Source: Octopus bimaculoides (Eukaryota). Taken from it: a stretch of 64,000 nucleotides of DNA. The DNA lies in contig NC_068982.1 in the NCBI RefSeq assembly GCF_001194135.2, positions 122,344,816 through 122,408,815 of the forward strand, written 5' to 3'. The notes beneath the pieces were generated by a model. It had not been told where the DNA came from. It searched no databases and worked only from the letters and a program-made list of their open reading frames with translations. Made by a program: the position numbers and the translations under genes. Below, piece after piece: positions 24,076 through 37,480 of this stretch (position 1 is the stretch's first letter; every line of letters starts with the position of its first letter).

Positions 24076-26735
24076 TGTTTTCTTCTGCAACCTTAAGTCG
24101 ACCAATACTTTATAAGTAGAAGTTGGTAGATGGAGATTATGCGAATGATATGTGCGTGAACATGCATGTATCTTTCATCAATGTATATTATTAGAGTAAG
24201 ATATAAAGATCAGTGAGTAAAACTGAAAAAATAATCTGTGATTTCCGAACAAAGTTTTTTGCATTAAGTTGGACACACCCTTGTCACTCACACTATCAGA
24301 AACACAATGAACCAGTGATTGGCCTGTTGAAAACTAGTAACCAATGATACTATTGTTAACAAAATGGGATATAAAATAAATAATAGATGTCCTCAAGAGT
24401 ATCAACAACAAATGAACTCAACTGACTTTGAAAAAGAAAACCAGTTCAGTAGTTCTAACTGACAAAACCACTCTCTCTCCATTCATATGCAATATCTTTC
24501 ATAAGTAGTTAGTAAAGCAATATTTGTTTTCAGCTTTAGTTTATGAATGTAAGTTTCTAATTTTTCAATGAAGTCATGGAATCAAGTATGCTTTTCTTAT
24601 TTTTTGTTTCTGACAAACTTAGTTTATTTCAATGAAACCTTGATTAATTGGTTCTAATCTTTCTGACTATATTTTGATTAATAATTCTTCTCTTCATGAC
24701 AGCTCTATAAATGTAGTTCTAAAGAGAAAGGATATGGCATAACATCAAGTGAGAAATCTAGGGAAGTTTGCCTCTTACAACCCCCACCCTCACTAAGTCT
24801 TTGGATATTTAAGAGTCTGTAAAAAATAACTGAATCTCGATATACAACAAAAAGTACGAATATTCTAGTAAAAATGAGTCTTGTTTTTCTCCAATACAAA
24901 ACTGGCAGGCTAATAGCTAAGTGAAAGTAATTTAAACTTACAGCAGCTCTATGTTAAATTTTGTGAAAAAACATAGATAGAAGAAAAGTGGTTTTTAGCT
25001 GCTAATTTTATTGAAAAAAATGTTTACAAAACAAAATAGTAGAAACCTTTGAATAGGAAATCATCAATATATGACTTCTATAGAATTCTCCAATTTGGTT
25101 TTGATTTCAGTCAAAGCTATTTTAATTTACTATGGAAAATGTCTTTTGTACAGGCAATGTCAGGAGAGGATATATCTTGCCAGTAACAATTATCAGGCTT
25201 AGATATAGATCTTAATGGTTAAACTTTGAAGGAACCTGAAAGACAGGAATAATATATCTACAGGCTTAAGCTGTTGTAACAAGCCCGGCAGATAAACCTA
25301 CATGAAGTTATGTTACATTTAGAACAACATTCTAGCAGGGCACACAAGTTAAAGCATGGTGTACTTAATATGAAATGCAGACAAATTAATATTTCCCTTA
25401 GAGTTGGATAAAGAAAACAAAAACCTAGAGGTAGTTGTTGATAACTATCAAAGAAAAAAAGGAAATGATTTTTTAAAAATGATCTCAAAGGTAATTTAGA
25501 TGTTTAGGGGAATGAAAGTCTGATCTTAATTTGTAGGTAGGGATAAGTATAAACATGTAGTAGGCTGCAGCAGCAAAATCCTATAGTCATCACTTGCAAG
25601 TAAGTATGACTTGGTAGCATGTACCATAGTTTGGCTAATTGTTTTAAATGCTTATTTAGTCATAAATAAGACATACACTCTCTTGATCCTCTTGTTTTTG
25701 ACAAAGCAGAAGATCCAAGAAAGGGCTGCACTAGCACTACACAGGTATTTATTTCCAGCTGAGTAGACTGGAGCACTGTGAAATGAAGTACCCTGTTCAA
25801 AGGGACAACACATTGTCTGATCCCGGAATTGAACTCATGACCTTATAATTGTGAGCAGTTGCTCTAATATAGTTTATAAAAGCTGATTAGTTGTTATGTG
25901 TGAAGTCTAAAATTGTAGATATTTTTCCTCTTTGGTTCCACCAAGTATTTTTCAGGGAAGATGGGACCACAAATTAAATGAAGTGTAGCAAAAAGGTAAG
26001 AGAAGTTAAAAAGAGATATTTCTCACAGAAGATATTTTAATGAAATTGCAAAATTGTATCTATTTCAAATATCATTCGAAACAGTAAAAGATCTTTAAAT
26101 TTTAAATAGATTCAGGTTTTAAGTATAAACAAAGGTAAAAACAAGACTGTCATATCCAGTAAAAGATTTCATTCTCATTCACTTAGTACCGTGTAATTAA
26201 AACTAAGTGATGGTTCTAATAAGATTTTGGGGTTTCAGAGATATTTTAAATTCTAAACATAGTTGAATCTTGAGTTTCTCATGTTGCTTTTATATCAAAG
26301 ATCAGCTGGTGCAATTTGAATTGTCAAATTATGAGGAGAGATAAAAATATCTGGACTCTGCACAAACCACAACACAGGCAACTTGTCTAGAAGAGTGGTA
26401 ATTCTTAATCAAAACTTATACAAAGTAAAGAAGACCTATTAGTCCTAATGTAGCCCTGTAGTATGATAGACACTGTAAGACCCACCTGTCCAATCAAAGT
26501 TAGCATGGAAAAGCAGATGTAAAAATGAAGATTAGGAGGTTTTTGAGACTTTACTGTATAGTTAAATATTTTATTGTTCAAATATCTAGTAACTAAGTAA
26601 AAAAAATTTTAATAGTAATTTAGTCTGGGAAGCAATGCTCACAGCCTTTCAACAACTATATAAAATTAATACTAGGTTTTGTTTCTGTTGAATTTTGTTA
26701 TAAGAGAATGTGCAGGAGAGAGTGTGAGAGAGGAA

Positions 26736-26846
<111 letters not shown>

Positions 26847-27599
26847 TAAGAAAGAGAAGCATGGTGCTTATAAAGGAAAAACAGAAAAGCAAAGAAAGCA
26901 ACATGCAGAAAAAAAGATATTTGGACAATTACTCATGAATAAGTATACACTGCTGAAGAATTTTGGAACCAGTTTTGTTTGAAACTTAAAATATTTGCTT
27001 GTATCAAAGGTTATGTTGTTCAAAGTTTTCTGATGTCAGGCATCTTTTGCTATTGTAGACTAAAGAAATTTCAAATATTGAATGAAGAAATATGGTGTGA
27101 AGAGAAAAATATAAAACAAATATGGAAAAACAGAAAAAAAAACCAGTAAGAAAGGAGGTTCTGAAAAATGTATTAAATAAATATATCAATTTGTTCACAA
27201 ACACAACCCCATAAATAGAATACTATACAATACATAGTTATCCTATGAAATCAATAATTCATAAAACCAGCTCACAAAAGTATAGAAAATTATGAAGAAA
27301 CAACATGCATTTTGCTGGCTACATCAAACTTAGAAATATTTACATTCACTAGTATTCATCCAGAATGAGCTGAGCTGGCTCTAACAGGTGAATCCACATT
27401 GTCACAAATAGAACCCAACCATACCTGCAAATTACAGGAACTTGACATGAAGGTTATTAACTCGTAATACCAATGACATACAACATGCATACGAGGACCA
27501 GACATTGATACAAGAATTGATTTCACTGTACTAATTTATCTAAATTTTCAGCTGTCTATTTTACCTTTGATGACATCCAGAAAGGATCTCTAGCATAAC

Positions 27600-28000
27600 T
27601 GCAGGACTGAACCAACAGAACCACCTTTTGAGCAAAAAAATGTTTTGAAATGAATTGGTCCAACAATGACAATAGACTTCAGAGTTTGACAAGATTCAAA
27701 GCATGAACACAAAGGATTTGGCAAAGGCAAAATTATTAACACAATTTCATTTCCAAGTGGTATAAATGATCCAGATGTTATCACTTTTGCAACAGAAAGC
27801 TTGGTAAACATAATCCATCATCTGGTTTGCAAAGTCCAGTCCTTGTTGCAGTGTAGTAGGTTGTGTGTCTTGATCACCCTGAGAGCTATGCCAGCAGAGT
27901 ACAAGTTCTCCCTTGTTGAACAAGTCAAAAAATAGAGGCCAGACTAATATGGACCACAAACATGTTTCTGCCTCCCTGTCACACTCTAATCCTTCATCAT
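27600..28000 (+). mobile_element. Highly degenerate LINE RT N-terminal fragment
   Basis: EPPFEQKNVLK*IG ... GINDPDVITFATESLVNIIHHLVCKV ... PLLNKSKNRGQTNM...VSASLSH echoes EPP....EV..AI ... G.D.I..E.L ... LV..LH.L..KIW ... PL.KKGD....NYR.ISLLSH. Confidence 0.4.
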
Positions 28001-28545
28001 CTGACACAAAAATGCTCCTAGAGGTAAAAATGGGTTTGTGTAGGGCCAATAGCTCTACCTAGGAAAAGTGAAGTTATGGAAGCATAAATGACAAAAAACA
28101 ACAAGATCTGGGAAGGGAAGACAGTGCAGCATAATCTAAAATGAAGCTACAAGGGGGAAGGGAACCAAAAGAGATGAGCAGAGGAGACAACCTAAGAGTT
28201 GGGATTAGTGGAGAAAAGTTGTTGATGACTGATGCTCGATAGGAAGGGAATGGTGTAAGTAATCCATCATCTAGTTTACCACAACAACAGGTCCATGAGT
28301 GCTTTTAGAGAAGTCTACTATGTCAAGCATTTGTATATAATTCCTGACCTGAGAAGAACTACAGAGCTTGAGGTATTACATCTTGCTACAGCAACCCATG
28401 AGTCTACTAATCCTCCCCTCCCACCACCATCCCCAGCAGTCTTGGTATTCCTACAAATGCCTATGATACTGTGCCTTTCTCTGATTAAGCTATTTAAAAT
28501 GTATGAAACAACATTTTTAAAGAAAATTGTAAAAAAAAATCTCAC

Positions 28546-28716
28546 ACTGCCAGCCACTCTGACATGTTGTAAACGTGGCAACAAAACACAATCCACATAT
28601 GTCAATTCATCGCCAATCATAAACTTGGTTTCGTTCTCTTTCAGATGGTTATTTAAGTTACTCATTATCTCATTCAGTCTTCTATCTGAACCAGTTGATA
28701 GGAATCTGTTGAAGGT
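28546..28716 (-). CDS. CLIC: CLIC coding exon (GST C-terminal helical domain), 57 codons, phase 0-0
   Basis: Acceptor tttttctttttaacttctag|ACC at 28716, donor AGT|GTGAGA at 28546. Translates TFNRFLSTGSDRRLNEIMSNLNNHLKENETKFMIGDELTYVDCVLLPRLQHVRVAGS, containing the CLIC F-x-x-G-D-x-L-T-x-x-D-C-x-L-L-P-(R/K)-L-x-H motif. In frame with both neighbouring exons. Confidence 0.95.
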
Positions 28717-30619
28717 CTAGAAGTTAAAAAGAAAAAAAAAAAGAAAAACATTAGTCAGAGGCAACAATTTTTATTACAAAATTAATATTCAAAACTATTA
28801 ACATAATTTCATTGATGCAAGGATAATTATAGGCAGAAACATAATATATATTTATAGTTGCTTTGTAACACTACAGTTTCGAGTTTTATCTTGCTACATT
28901 GGGCCAATGCATTGTGAGAGGAATTTATGTGTATGTGTGTAAAGGTGCATATAGAGTGTGTATATATGTAAATGTAGATATTCTGCACTTTATCATAACC
29001 AAAGAGAAACAATGATATGATGCTTACATTCCCTGCTGACACTATGACTGCTCATTCTGCACTGTCAAAAACCAGTGGAATAAAATGTCTCTTACTTAAA
29101 AAACAGTTAACATTTGGTAAACAGGCAAGGAATCTGGCTGTAAAATGTTGCCTCAAGTAAGCCCCTGTCCAATTCATGCAAGCATGGAAAAAAAAACAAC
29201 TTTAAATGAACCAAGTTCACAAAGCAATACAAAATAATTTCAGCTCTTCATAAAAAAAAGAAACAAAATTGTTAAGACTTTGATTGAGAAGAGCTTATGA
29301 GTCATGAGCAGTTCATTTATTTTTCAGATAGTGCCCTTATGTTTTTAAGAGACAAAGTATAATTTTCAGGGAGAGCTGATTGCTATTTTTAGCTGGTTGA
29401 GTAACCATGTAAAAGTTCTTTTGCTAGGGGTGGAGTTGAGTAGGTATGAGTGGTTATCATATTGGCAAAATAAAATTAAAAAAAAAAATATCAGGAATCA
29501 TAAGTGCCTACAGAGTCAGTTCTTAACTATGATGTGTTGATTAGAATGAGTGAGACAAATATTTCCTTACTGAACAGAGTACAAGCCTGTAGCAAAAAAG
29601 AGCTATACCAACCAAAACAATGTAACAAAATTAAGAACCTTACACCTACATTAGATATGAACCATGACTCATCAATTACCACCCAGGTTCCTTCATTATT
29701 TATTTGGTTAGTTCATCTCCTAAAGGTTAGTTGGTTTTAAGGAAAACTATTGCAAGGGAAAGTTGATTATGGTTGAGAAGTTTGGACATGCAGCACTTTG
29801 AGCAAATGTTTTCTTCCATAACCTTGAGTTGACCCATGGCATGCTAGTGAAATTTAGTAGAGATGAAACTGTAGAAACCTATTATGTATATGTGTTAACA
29901 TTGGGTTGTAAAACTCTACATTAAGCAAAATATATGTCATGGTATTAAGTTCACCAAATATTTCTTCATTATTCCTAGTTACATTCACCTCTAGTTCTGC
30001 TTTGAACTTGATAAATTAAGCACTTAAGTATTAGGTCAATATAATGTATTAAAACCTTAAATGTGGTGATCCAGCATGGCCATTGTCCATTGATTGACAT
30101 GAGTACAAGATTATATGTGAACGCTTTACAAATTTCTGTTCTAAATTATGAATCACAAAAGTCTAGGCAGAGAATGAGAAGGCTCTTGATTCTTTTTTTT
30201 TTTTTTTTTTTTTTTGGCCAGTTTTCATGTCTTCTCTGCTGTTAGTCAATATTGACAAGTCACCCAATCTTTAATCAAATGGGGAAATGATTAACTCTGA
30301 GATGAGAACACTGATTTGAAAGTAAATAATATTAGATAGTTAGTCCAACACAATTATGTCTGTTGATTTACTATCTTTACACAGAAACACACACACACAC
30401 AAAACAGATTCAAAATGAAAAATATTTATGAACTAAACAACAGCATGTCTGTGGCAGATAACTGCAGGCTACTGCCTGTAGCCTTGGCAACAGACAGAAT
30501 GCATGTTACATCTTGATTCAAGTAGTTTCTTTTTTCTGTCTTTTAGCCATATCTTTAGATTAAAAGCACACTGGGTGTTGTTACTAATGATTATAAAATT
30601 TCACTTTGCAGTTCTCATA

Positions 30620-30722
30620 ATCATCACCGTCGCTGTTTAACATCCACGTTCCATTGCTGGCATGGGTTGGACAGTTTGACTGAAGACTGGCAAGCTGGGG
30701 GGATGCACCAGACTCCAATCTG
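30620..30722 (-). repeat. Short RTE 3'-end repeat
   Basis: catcaccgtcgctgtttaacatccacgttccattgctggcatgggttggacag. Confidence 0.7.
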
Positions 30723-31401
30723 TCTTCTCTAAACAATAACTTTTGTTCAGAGTTCAACTTTATCTTTCTCATTCTCAAACACATAAGAAATTCTTACATA
30801 TGACATCAAGCTTAAATCATTAAGAAACTAGGAGCATATCAATAGGAATGGTGGTGGGATAAGTAGATGAAAGATTGTGTCAATCAGATCAGCTACTTTA
30901 AAATGTAATGAATGCCTTCTAATTTCCAAGAGCCTTTTAAGGATTAATGCTTCAATCTTGCTTCATGATGTTAAAGGGATAAAAAAACAAGTCTTCCTAT
31001 GAATAGGAAATATATAAATAAACAATTTTCCTAAATTATCTGGTAATTATTACTGACAGCAAAGTGAACCGAGGCAATGTAGAACAAACTATTTTGCCCA
31101 GTAATGCAAGGGAGTCTCTACGTGACCACTCAACCTGTGACAAATAAATGTAAAACCATTCTCAAATTACACTCATCTTTAAAGTATACCTAATGGACAG
31201 TATCACCTGATAACCAACATGCATAGAAAACAAATAAAAAATACAAAGAGACAAAACGGTTATAGCTGGAATGCTTTTCAAAGGATCTGCTTGTTTAAGG
31301 ACTGACTTGAAGCTAAGCAACAATGAAATGTTTGTAGTAGGTTTGAACTCACAACTTATCAGCAGATATGCTAGTAATTTAACTACTTCAACTAATTGTA
31401 A

Positions 31402-32244
31402 ATGAGGTGGTATTAAAAAGTTCCTGGACTAGTTTTGTAATATGCCAATAGACGGCAGCACACATTTGTATGCACTAGCAGTGAAATTTGTGTTTTTGTG
31501 ATCACATGTATGCTATTGTCTGTGATTTTGTCATCGACAGGAACAAAGAGCCAACATGAAACTTTGTGTTAAACTTGGGAAGTCTGTTACAGAGACATTG
31601 AGCATGCTTTGGCAAACTTATAGCAATGAGGCAATTGGTCATACGCAATGTTTTGAGTGACATGGGAACTTCAAAAGTGGAAGAACATTCCCGGAAGACA
31701 ATGAGCAATCTGGAAGATCCGTCATGAGCATCACCCCTGGAAATGTGGTATTGTGCATCAAGAATTTGTCCCCCAAGGTCAGACCATAAATCGAGACTTC
31801 TACTGTGACATTTTGAAGCATTTGAGAATGGAAATTTGACGAAAGCGACCGGATCTGTGAAGCACAAAGAATTGGATTTTTATGATGACAATGCACCTTG
31901 TCACCAAGCTCTCCTCACTTGCAAGTTTCTTGTCTAAAACAACATAGAATTGCTTCCACACCTACCCTATTCACCAGATTCAGCACCTGCAAACTTCCCT
32001 AAGATGAAAATGCAGCTCAAAGGTCACTTTTTAACACTGCTGTTGAGATCCAGAGTGAATCACAGAAGGTCCCCAACTTACTTATGGAAAATGACTTCCA
32101 GGCCAGATTCCAAAAGTGGCAAGAATGCTGGGACCAGTGTATTGCTGTGCAAGGTGACTGTTACAAAGGAGATGAAGTTAAAACTTAGGTAAATAAGTTA
32201 TTTTTTATTAAACTGGTCCTGAAATATTTTGACATCACCTCGTA
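31402..32244 (+). mobile_element. Internally deleted mariner transposon (pseudogene)
   Basis: Imperfect TIRs (atgaggtggtattaaaaagttcctggactagttt / aaactggtcctgaaatattttgacatcacctcgta). Remnants EQRANMKLCVKLGKSVTETLSML, DDNAPCH and PHLPYSPDSAP match the mariner HDNAPxH and YSPDLAP motifs. Confidence 0.88.
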
Positions 32245-33994
32245 TATAAGAACAATCCAGTTGCTATTGGTTTTCTGTTGATATTAAGATCGATTAAGTT
32301 CTTTATCCAAACATAGATGCAGGCATGGTTGTGTGGTAAGAAATTTGCTTTCCAGCAATATGGTTCCATGGTTCTAGATTCAGTCGCATGACATGATACC
32401 TTGGGTAAATCTCTTCTACCTTGGGCAAACCAAAACCTCATGAGTGGATCTGGTAGATGGAAACTGAGAGAAGCCCACTGTATATTATATGTGTATGTGA
32501 GGTGTTTGTCTCCCACTATCACTTGACAACCAGTGTTGGTCTCTCATTTACAAACCTGTAACTTAGAAGTTCAGCAAAATGAGATTGATAGAATAAATAC
32601 TAGACAGTAAAAAACAAAAAGGTACTGGGGTTGATTTGTTTGACTAAATGCTTCAAGGCCACAGCATGGCTATAGTCCACTGACTGAAACAAGTAAAAGG
32701 ATAAAAAGATATAAAAACATGAAAGAAAAAGTTTGAATGCTGTGATAGGTGGATGGGTGGGGGGATTCTAACCTTTTAGGCAGGGACCTTCTTTGAAGAA
32801 ATCTGAGGTGTGTTGAAAGGCTATAATAGTTTTACACGTAGCTCAAGAACCCTTGTATAAAACAACAACTAAAATTGGTTTTCTTTAAATTTGAAATCTA
32901 ATATATATATCTTACAACACTCAGCACTCCTGTCTCTCTCACCAACTCTTTGCTTAAAATTTAATACTAAGATTAACACCATAAACAGTCAAGTATGAAG
33001 ATAAGAGACATTACAGACAATAGCTGTCAGAAACAGATTATCCTATAGTGGGTCATTACACGACAACACAATCCTTAAGACTAAAACCACTCTAACAAAG
33101 CTAAAAACATTTGCAGTATTTAAGGTGCAGCTTGAACTTAAAGTAAATAAAGAAAGGTGGTAGATGTGAGAAAGAGAGGAGAGATAGCTTAATAAAATAT
33201 ATTTCATTTTGAATAAAACAACAGCCCACACATGAATATATTTAATAGTTTTGTTAAAGCATTGTTTAAGCTATTCATCTCTCTCCTCAATATGGATATA
33301 GTTTTGGTAATTAAATTAACCTTGCTTGCCACATTTAAGTATGTTAGCACTTATTTCACTAATTAGACTATATTAATTTAATACATATCATTAGTTATAC
33401 CATAATTACAGTTGTGACAGTGGTGCATCAATACAATTTTTCCTGTTGACACTAAATGGAAGTAAGGCAAAGAAAATAAATGATAAATAGTAGAATGATT
33501 ATCTTAAATTAATTATTGTTTTTATCATTGAATTTCTTTCTTAGTTTCTTATAATACAATATTAGTAGCTGTCAATATATTATAGTGTTCTGCTTATTAA
33601 ATCTGTAGAATTATTCTAAAACGAAAATATTTCATATAATGTTTCTATTGTAACCTTGGTATAACATGAAACCTCCTCTTGAAGATATGTTCCTCTACAG
33701 AAGGCATCCTGGGGAAATTGTGCTGTTTAAAAATTTTGCCTAACCTGTGAATATTTTACATTGAACATGTTTAGTCTGTCAGTCACCTAATATCTGGTAA
33801 GTATGGATTAGATAATGCTTCATTGAGAAGGTCTAATTAGACTGAAATACATCCAAAATTGTCATGCTACTTGACAAAGATCACTCTCCACAATACATAC
33901 CCACCATCTAATTACTGAAATTGGACTTCAGACTTGTCTCCTTTACCCTCTTGACATTAATTATAAAACCTAATTCTCTCGACAATGATCAGAT

Positions 33995-34084
33995 TAGAGC
34001 CTGATGCAGCCTTCTGGCTTGCCAGACTGTCAAACCGTCCAACCCATGCCAGCATGGAAGGCAGACGTTAAATGATGATGATGA
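33995..34084 (+). repeat. Short RTE 3'-end repeat
   Basis: ccgtccaacccatgccagcatggaaggcagacgttaaatgatgatgatg. Confidence 0.75.
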
Positions 34085-35532
34085 ATGGGAGTAATTTTAA
34101 TTTTTTTTGCTCACTACGTTATGTATGTTAGCCTCCTCTCAATTTAACTAAATGTTGAACAATGTTTCTTCTTTTCTAAATAGTTAAAAACAAAATTGAA
34201 TATACTTTATGGACTTCTCAAAACAAACTTTGTACTCAGAGTTGTAGAACATTGTTGTAAACATTGAAATCTTTGTTACATCAACTACTTCCATTACATA
34301 GCATAATGATATTTAATATATAAAGTAAAGTTGTGGCTATTTCATTTATTTAATGAGTGTGTATTTATGTGCATGCATGCTCTATAATAAGTATACTTGT
34401 TGACACTGTTAGATTGCATGTCACTGCCATAGTGATATCCATTTAGCAGCTGATGGAAATATGTTTGATGTTTGATATGCTTGTTGACTGTGAATCTTCT
34501 ATATCTTCTGGCCTTATCATTCTGAGCTGTCCTTCATTTTTCTAAGGTTACACTTGTTAAAAAGTTCATGGTGGTTTTGTTGTTAGCATTATTAAAAAAA
34601 TAGACATTGTACAATTGTCTTCATTGGCAGTCTTATTGTTCAAAGATTTTCTAGTTTTGGAGAGGTTTTGTGGCATATATCATCTGACAATTTGAAAGCT
34701 GTACCATTTTAATATATTTCATCTTTCTGAACTTCTTTTGATTTTAGATATACATTGTAAACTGATTATTTCAACACAAGTTTATAACTGATATTTAACA
34801 GGACCAGCATATACACAGTAAATATTCTTTTCATCTTTCATAAGTATGAAAGACAAATTGTAGTACAGTATCCATTCTTTCTCAATAGTTCAGAGTTTAT
34901 GTTCAGTAACATTGTGGTAGAACAGGGGTCCAAAACACCACTGTCTCACAGTGTACTACAGAAGACATGTCCTGTATATAGAGAGGGGTGATCAATCTAA
35001 CAGAGAAATTTCTTCAGTTATACACAGGTAGGATCTTAACTTAATACTGCAAACTTAGGAAATACCCAACTATATTATTCCTATGGTTTACAGTGGCTAT
35101 TTCTTATTTTCTCAACATATTTGTTTATAGTAAGAGCAACAAAGCTATTGACTAACTATGATTCTTGACTAAGCTGGAATAGATTTAATGATATAGGCTC
35201 AGTTTTAGGGGCCGAGCCCACATCATTGAATTCCAGCTCTTTAAATCTTGACAAATACAGAAAAGATAAATTGGCTAAAACAGAATTTAAACTCAGTCTT
35301 GTAAATAATGAACAATTTGTCAACTGGAAAGATTAGTAATGCTTATTATATCACATAACTATTCACATTTAATATCATTACCAACACAGCCAAGATTGTA
35401 TCATAGAAGTTAGGTTTCTTTGTTGGAACCAGAAAATGGACTTCACCTCTAAATGTCTGCTATGCAAAAGTATACTTGTTGTAGTACACAATAGAAGTTC
35501 AATGTTCCAATTCAATTTGAAGTGGCAGGATT

Positions 35533-35598
35533 ATTTGCAGTTATAGATATTTGGGGATACACTTTTAAATATATCCCCAAATATCTATAACTGCAAAT
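35533..35598. other. Perfect 27-bp inverted repeat with a 12-nt loop (66-nt hairpin) in a CLIC intron
   Basis: ATTTGCAGTTATAGATATTTGGGGATA (35533-35559) is the exact reverse complement of TATCCCCAAATATCTATAACTGCAAAT (35572-35598). Confidence 0.95.
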
Positions 35599-35699
35599 TA
35601 TTAGAATTATGTGAGGCAACAAAGTGTGAAAGGAATTGTTTCAAAGCTCTAGGCAACAAATATATATGAAAAAGCAGAAAACAAGATTTGCAAACTTAC

Positions 35700-36041
35700 T
35701 GTATTGAGGTCGAGAAATATGTTTAGAGCAACAATCTGCTCAGAGGAATCCATCTTCAGTAATGGGCACTTGAACATCTGGAAGAACTGTTCAAGTTCAC
35801 AACTTTCGTCAGCAACCAATCCCTCTACAGAGGCACCATCCAGTGTTTCACCAGTGACACCAATCACAACTGGAAAAAGGCCACTAGAACTTTTTTCTCG
35901 AAGAATTCTAGGGGGATTACTGTCAGGTACTGTGATGACTTTGAAACTGGCAAGTTTGTTTTCTGCCAGAATATATGCAACCATATACCATTGTTGACAT
36001 AAAGGACAGGCTCCTTTGCTAACCTTGTCAAGTACAGAGGC
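35700..36041 (-). CDS. CLIC: CLIC/EXC-4-family chloride intracellular channel, internal coding exon (thioredoxin-like N-domain), 114 codons, phase 0-0
   Basis: Minus strand: acceptor ttttgtcttttctag|GCC at 36041, donor ACA|GTAAGT at 35700. Translates ASVLDKVSKGACPLCQQWYMVAYILAENKLASFKVITVPDSNPPRILREK...IFLDLNT. This matches the invertebrate CLIC pattern (Drosophila Clic ASTIDGRRKGACLFCQEYFMDLYLLAELKTISLKVTTVD, recalled). Overlaps provided ORF 35649..35984. Confidence 0.93.
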
Positions 36042-36306
36042 CTAGAAAAGACAAAATGAAAACAAGTAACATTAAAATAATCCTAATTTATTATAGATTA
36101 ATCACCTGCAAAAATTATATAACAACATAAAAACAAAGCATTTTACTAAACTGCATTTTTGAATATACCCATTTGATGTTAGTTAACATGTATGCACAAA
36201 CATTTTTGTGGCTGACATACTGCTTCCAAATTCATTCATTCCACAATAAGTCATTATTCTAGATCTTAAATGTTTTCTGTCAACAAAGATTTCTATCTAA
36301 TCCTGA

Positions 36307-36349
<43 letters not shown>

Positions 36350-37109
36350 TACACATACATACCAATGTATGTGTGTGTTTAAAGATAATTCTGCCAGCAG
36401 TGCTCCAGTATGGCCACAGCTTTAGAGCTGAAACATGTAAAAGAATAAATGCAACTAATGAGTAATTTTTGAGGGATCATTAGAGATGTTTTTAAGCCAT
36501 TTAGTTTAATACTCTGATAGAACATAAAATAACAATTTTATATATTAATGTGTAAGCATAAAAACAGTTATCTACACCAAAATGCACAAGCCTAGCAAAG
36601 TGTTTTTTCTTTCTTTTTGTGTGGGAGGCAGGCAGTTGTCTGTGTATGCAAGTATTTCCTGAACATTGTCCAAGCAAAAAGTCAACACTTTAGGGTTGAT
36701 ATAGCTTGGCACAAGTGTTGTTAAAACATGAAAGACTGGAACAGCCACTGCAAAGTGTTTCATTTGATGCATTAACAATTTTTCAAACCCACTGCTCTGA
36801 ATTGGTACTCATTTTATCAATCTTGAAAGGATGAAAGGCAAAGGTGATCTCAGCAGAATTTGAACAAAGATCACAGAGTCAATGTTCTAAAGGCTGATAA
36901 TTCACCACCTTGTGTATGTTTGCATTTATACATGCATATACACATACAAAGGCTATGTTTAGGCATATAAACAAACACATTGATATACACTATAACATAT
37001 TTAGACCAATTTTTATTTTTGTATGGTTCTACAGAAATAATCTGTATCTAAATAGTGAGAAAATAGGCTGGGTGACAATTCCAACAACTATCATCAAGGA
37101 ACTTCTACA

Positions 37110-37480
37110 TAGTAACTTGGCCTCTGTGCCAGTAGAACATAAAAAGGCACCAATTGAGCATTGGCCCTCATGGAGGCAATGTGGCTGATGCTGGTGTCAT
37201 GGAACAGGTACTTGTGCCAGCAGTATGTAAAAAGCACCATTTGAGCGCTGGGCCTCAAGAAGGCAATGTGACTGATGCCGGTGTCACATAACTGACACCT
37301 GTGCCAGTGGCACATAAAAATACCCATTATGCTCTTGGAATGGTTGGCGTTAGGAAGAGCATCCAGCCATAGAAACCATGCCAAATCAGACTGGAGTCTG
37401 GCACAGCCCCACAGCTTACCAACCCTGGTCAAATTGTTCAACTCACACCAGCATGGACAACAGATGTTAAATGACGATGA
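37110..37480 (+). repeat. RTE 3'-end repeat with internal subrepeats
   Basis: Repeated tgtgccag(t/c)...aaaaa(g)cacc units, then ggttggcgttaggaagagcatcc and a gttaaatgacgatgat tail. Confidence 0.8.
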
